This document shows positions 60,894-64,000 of a stretch of DNA of 64,000 nt, one piece after another. Made by a program: the position numbers and the translations under genes. Source of the DNA: Tubiluchus corallicola (Eukaryota > Animalia > Priapulida); assembly GCA_030141605.1 (NCBI GenBank), contig JAQGDQ010000097.1:62001-126000 (forward strand). Reading direction: 5' to 3'. Below the pieces are notes generated by a model. That model had not been told where the DNA came from, searched no databases, and saw only the letters and a program-made list of their open reading frames with translations. Numbering within the stretch: position 1 is the first letter of the stretch; each line of letters opens with the position of its first letter.

Positions 60894-61907
60894 CTGTATT
60901 ATACGATTATAGTACATATAGAAAAGTTTCTTTGATCGAAAAGTAATATTAATTTTTTTCTATTAATGAACAAAAAAATATATTCCCCCAGACGTATTTC
61001 AACCGAATTAAAATTTAATTAAACATTGACGCAAATCGAATGTAAGCCGAATGCAGTCTGATATAGCATACATTTTAATTATAGGCCTATACAGGAAAAT
61101 TCTACCTAATAACCTATACAAAGAATTATAAAGAACACAATTATGAAGAAGTCTACTAACAAAACGTTAATATAAAGGAAAATTTGTCGCACATTAAGGA
61201 ATTATAAGAGTATAACTACAGAAAAAGAATAATACAGATATTTATAGAATAACATAGAAATTTAGGTCCCAATTTTAATCACGCGAGCTCATCATTATAT
61301 AAAGAAAGTTGAGCAATGCATAAATCAACGTACCGCCTACGACTACAATTACAGGGTTAAAAATTGTATAAATTAAATTTTGTGCATGATTTGCACGCGT
61401 TAAATAAAAAGTTAATTAAATACCACAGGTCTAAAAATACAGAACCCATGTTCTCTTCCTAAAAAGAAGAAAATATAAACAAACGTTGTTTAAGGTTTTT
61501 TATAAACAAACGTTTGAGACGCTGGTGTACTTGTTATGGTTTCTAAACGTCTTTGCTAAGTTAATTATAATAACATGATGACTAGACAATGTGACTATAA
61601 ATAAGAAACTCTAAACTGTAAATGTTAGAAGGAAACTGATTTCGTCTTTTGAGTTTTGCCTGACGTTGGTTGAAATAATCGTATTTTTTAAATTTTGAGT
61701 AAAAATAGAAAAAGAAATAATTAAATTTAGTTCATCGTGCGCTTTCAATATAGAAGGGAAGGTTTCCTCATTGTTGCTTTTTGGTAAACGTAATGACTCA
61801 ACTGTTAACTTTGATTTGTTCTTCAGTTCTCAAGTAAAAAATGTACCAATTTGGAAATGAAGTGACAAGACGAAAGGTACGACTACCCCGTTGAAAACAG
61901 GAACATT

Positions 61908-63173
61908 TCAGAGGCCCAGAACAAGTTTGGACTTTAATTTGGACTTCGTACAAGATGATTCTTCGTGTTTGTACAAATAACTTTTAAGTGCAAAGTACTT
62001 GCCACATCGCTGACACATCCATGGCTTTGTCTTGGAATGTGTTTGCACGTGCGCACGCAAGTTGGACTTGTCAGCAAACGCTTTCTTGCACACGTGGCAT
62101 TCGAAGGGTTTCTCTCCGGTGTGCGTGCGTATATGACCCTGCAGGAGCCACGGGCGGCTGAAGCACTTTCCGCAGTGTGGACACTTGCAGCCTTGATTAT
62201 GCGTGCGCACGTGCATGCTGTATGCAGGCGTGGAGACGTACACCTTGTCACAGTGCGGACATTGTCGAGCGTTGCGATCTTGCGCACTCCGATGCGTTTG
62301 ACGATGTCGCGCCAGGTTGCTCGACGTGCTGTACCGCTTGCCGCACTCCGGACACGCACAGCATTCAGTTCCGTCCACACTGTCGCCGCCCAGAGTTTCT
62401 GGCGAGCTAGGGGGTGTTAACACGCTCCGCCAGGCATTGATTTCTGCTCCGACTTTGACTTGGTCATTTGGCACAGCCTTGTAATTTGGTGCAGGTTGAA
62501 AAGAGCGAAGTTGCTTTTCAATAGCCCAGTCAAAGATGAAACCAACAATTGTACCTGCGGTAGTAAGGCGATCTTGATACACCGGCCAACTGATAACGTT
62601 GGAACTTTGAAAAGTATGAAGTGGACTTGCTTCTGAAATAAAGAAAACAATGAATTTGTTGCAATAATGACAATGCCAGCCTAAGTAAATACAACGACAA
62701 AGACTAGAACAACAGCTTTTAACGGCAGTAGCAGCAGCAGCGGCAAAAGCACAAGAGCAGTAACAAAGCAAGCAGTAGAACAGCTACAGAAAAAACAACC
62801 ACAATAGCGCAATGACTAAGAAATGACTATACAGTTTGAAGATGATGTATAGTCTCCTGACTATTCTTACTGACCACTACAAGGGCTATCTTTTGCTTGG
62901 TACAAAGAGAAAAATATGTTACGCTTTATAAAAATCAGTATAATAGCTTTAAATTACTATAAAGGAACAAACACTTATTGTTTTAGAATGAACAATTAAA
63001 GCAATAATGTAGGCCGCAGAAATGTAGACAATGTATAACACACATGCATTGAGTCGACACTAATGAATTTAGAACTATATACCTTGTTCAACCTGTCGCA
63101 ATCCAGTAGAACCAGTAATACAGCTTCTATTAGATTTATAGCGCTTATTGGTAATCAGGAATGATCGTGGCAT
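61908..63173 (-). CDS. scrt: Snail-superfamily repressor, scratchB/Kahuli type (SNAG plus five C2H2 fingers), 271 aa, 2 exons
   Basis: Exon 1 63173-63083 (MPRSFLITNKRYK..., SNAG) and exon 2 62632-61908, phase 1 GT-AG intron. Fingers CPECGKRYSTSSNLARHRQTH, CDKVYVSTPAYSMHVRTH, FSRPWLLQGHIRTHTGEKPF, FADKSNLRAHVQTH, FALKSYLYKHEESSC. Confidence 0.95.
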
Positions 63174-63824
63174 GCTTCCAGTTCAAGGCGCAAAACAGAA
63201 TGCCAGCCAACAGTCACCCCAGCAGAGCGCAGTGCCAGATTATTCGCATTCCTCGACTCTATGTGGTCTTCTCTTTTAAACAGCCGACTCGGGTTTCCTT
63301 CAGCATATGGTCTCTCCCGGGATCGGGCCGTGTGATATCCTACAGATGACCACTGACGCGTGCCAGCGATTCCAAACGATTTTTTACATCGCTTCATGCA
63401 GCTGGAAGCTCACGTTACTGTCTCGGTTGGCTGCTGGTGGTTTAGGGTGTCCTGCTCAGATGTTATCCAGACGTTATCAGAGAAACAAAGGAGGCGAAGA
63501 GAACTACTTGCCAGACAGTTGGGAGTTTGTTGGTAACTTTTACAGTAGCCAAATGAATTTATAGCTCTTCTTTTTATTGGTTGATTAGAAGGTAATTCAC
63601 CAGTCGGCATTTCATGGCTTAGCAGATTGACTGTCCGACCAAGCAACCAGTCGAATAACTAGGTCATCCATTTATTTCAGTAGCTATTTACGTAGCCAGC
63701 CATCCTTAGAATTTGGCCAATTAAGTGACCAACGTAAATCTATATGATTAACACATATAAGCAGCCGGCTAACAATCAGATTAACCAACTAATTGCCAAT
63801 CATCTAATCGCTCGAAAACAAACT

Positions 63825-64000
63825 GACAAATAAACAAACAAACAAACAAATCAATCAATCAGTCAACGAACTAACTTACCAATCATTTAACCCATCGACT
63901 GACCGACCAATAGACCGACCAATCAACCAACCAATTAACCAGCAAACCAACCAACCAGCCGACCGACCAACGAACGAACGAACGACCAACCAACCAACCA
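63825..64000. repeat. Compound tetranucleotide repeats (AAAC/AATC/ACCA/ACCG/AACG)
   Basis: Directly visible, runs to the window end. Confidence 0.9.

Noticed and set aside
61965-62420. 151-aa plus-strand ORF and the 148-aa alternative-frame ORF over the zinc fingers
   Set aside because: Shadow ORFs caused by GC-rich C2H2 codon usage; no recognisable protein.
62633-62771. N-terminal extension of the 287-aa ORF (MLCYCSCAFAAAA...)
   Set aside because: Intronic low-complexity sequence; the real start is the SNAG exon at 63173 spliced to the acceptor at 62633.

Overview
AT-rich invertebrate bilaterian genomic DNA (probably a protostome/lophotrochozoan, inferred from a scratchB-type gene); no prokaryotic features. 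Four intron-containing genes were rebuilt by hand from GT-AG sites with consistent phases: (1) a class I bHLH E-protein (daughterless/TCF12/TCF4/E2A family), + strand, 19 coding exons at 5504-31629, ~616-627 aa, with a ~3.3 kb 3'UTR; (2) Enhancer of polycomb (EPC), + strand, 11 exons at 35890-47081, only ~501 aa; (3) a HIG1-domain gene (HIGD1-like), - strand, 103 aa; (4) a SNAG plus five-C2H2 scratchB/Kahuli-type repressor, - strand, 271 aa. Introns and intergenic DNA contain decayed LINEs, tRNA-derived SINEs, Kolobok-, hAT-, Harbinger- and pogo-like MITEs, and mini/microsatellites. The main leads are candidate E-protein isoform switches (a cassette exon splitting AD1, micro first exons in the intron matching HEBAlt/TCF4-A), an unresolved frameshift or acceptor in one E-protein exon, a C-terminally truncated EPC, a possible in-frame E-protein/EPC read-through, an E-box cluster upstream of scratchB, and an iterated templated insertion at a LINE 5' junction. 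All calls were made by eye and need RNA-seq or homology confirmation.
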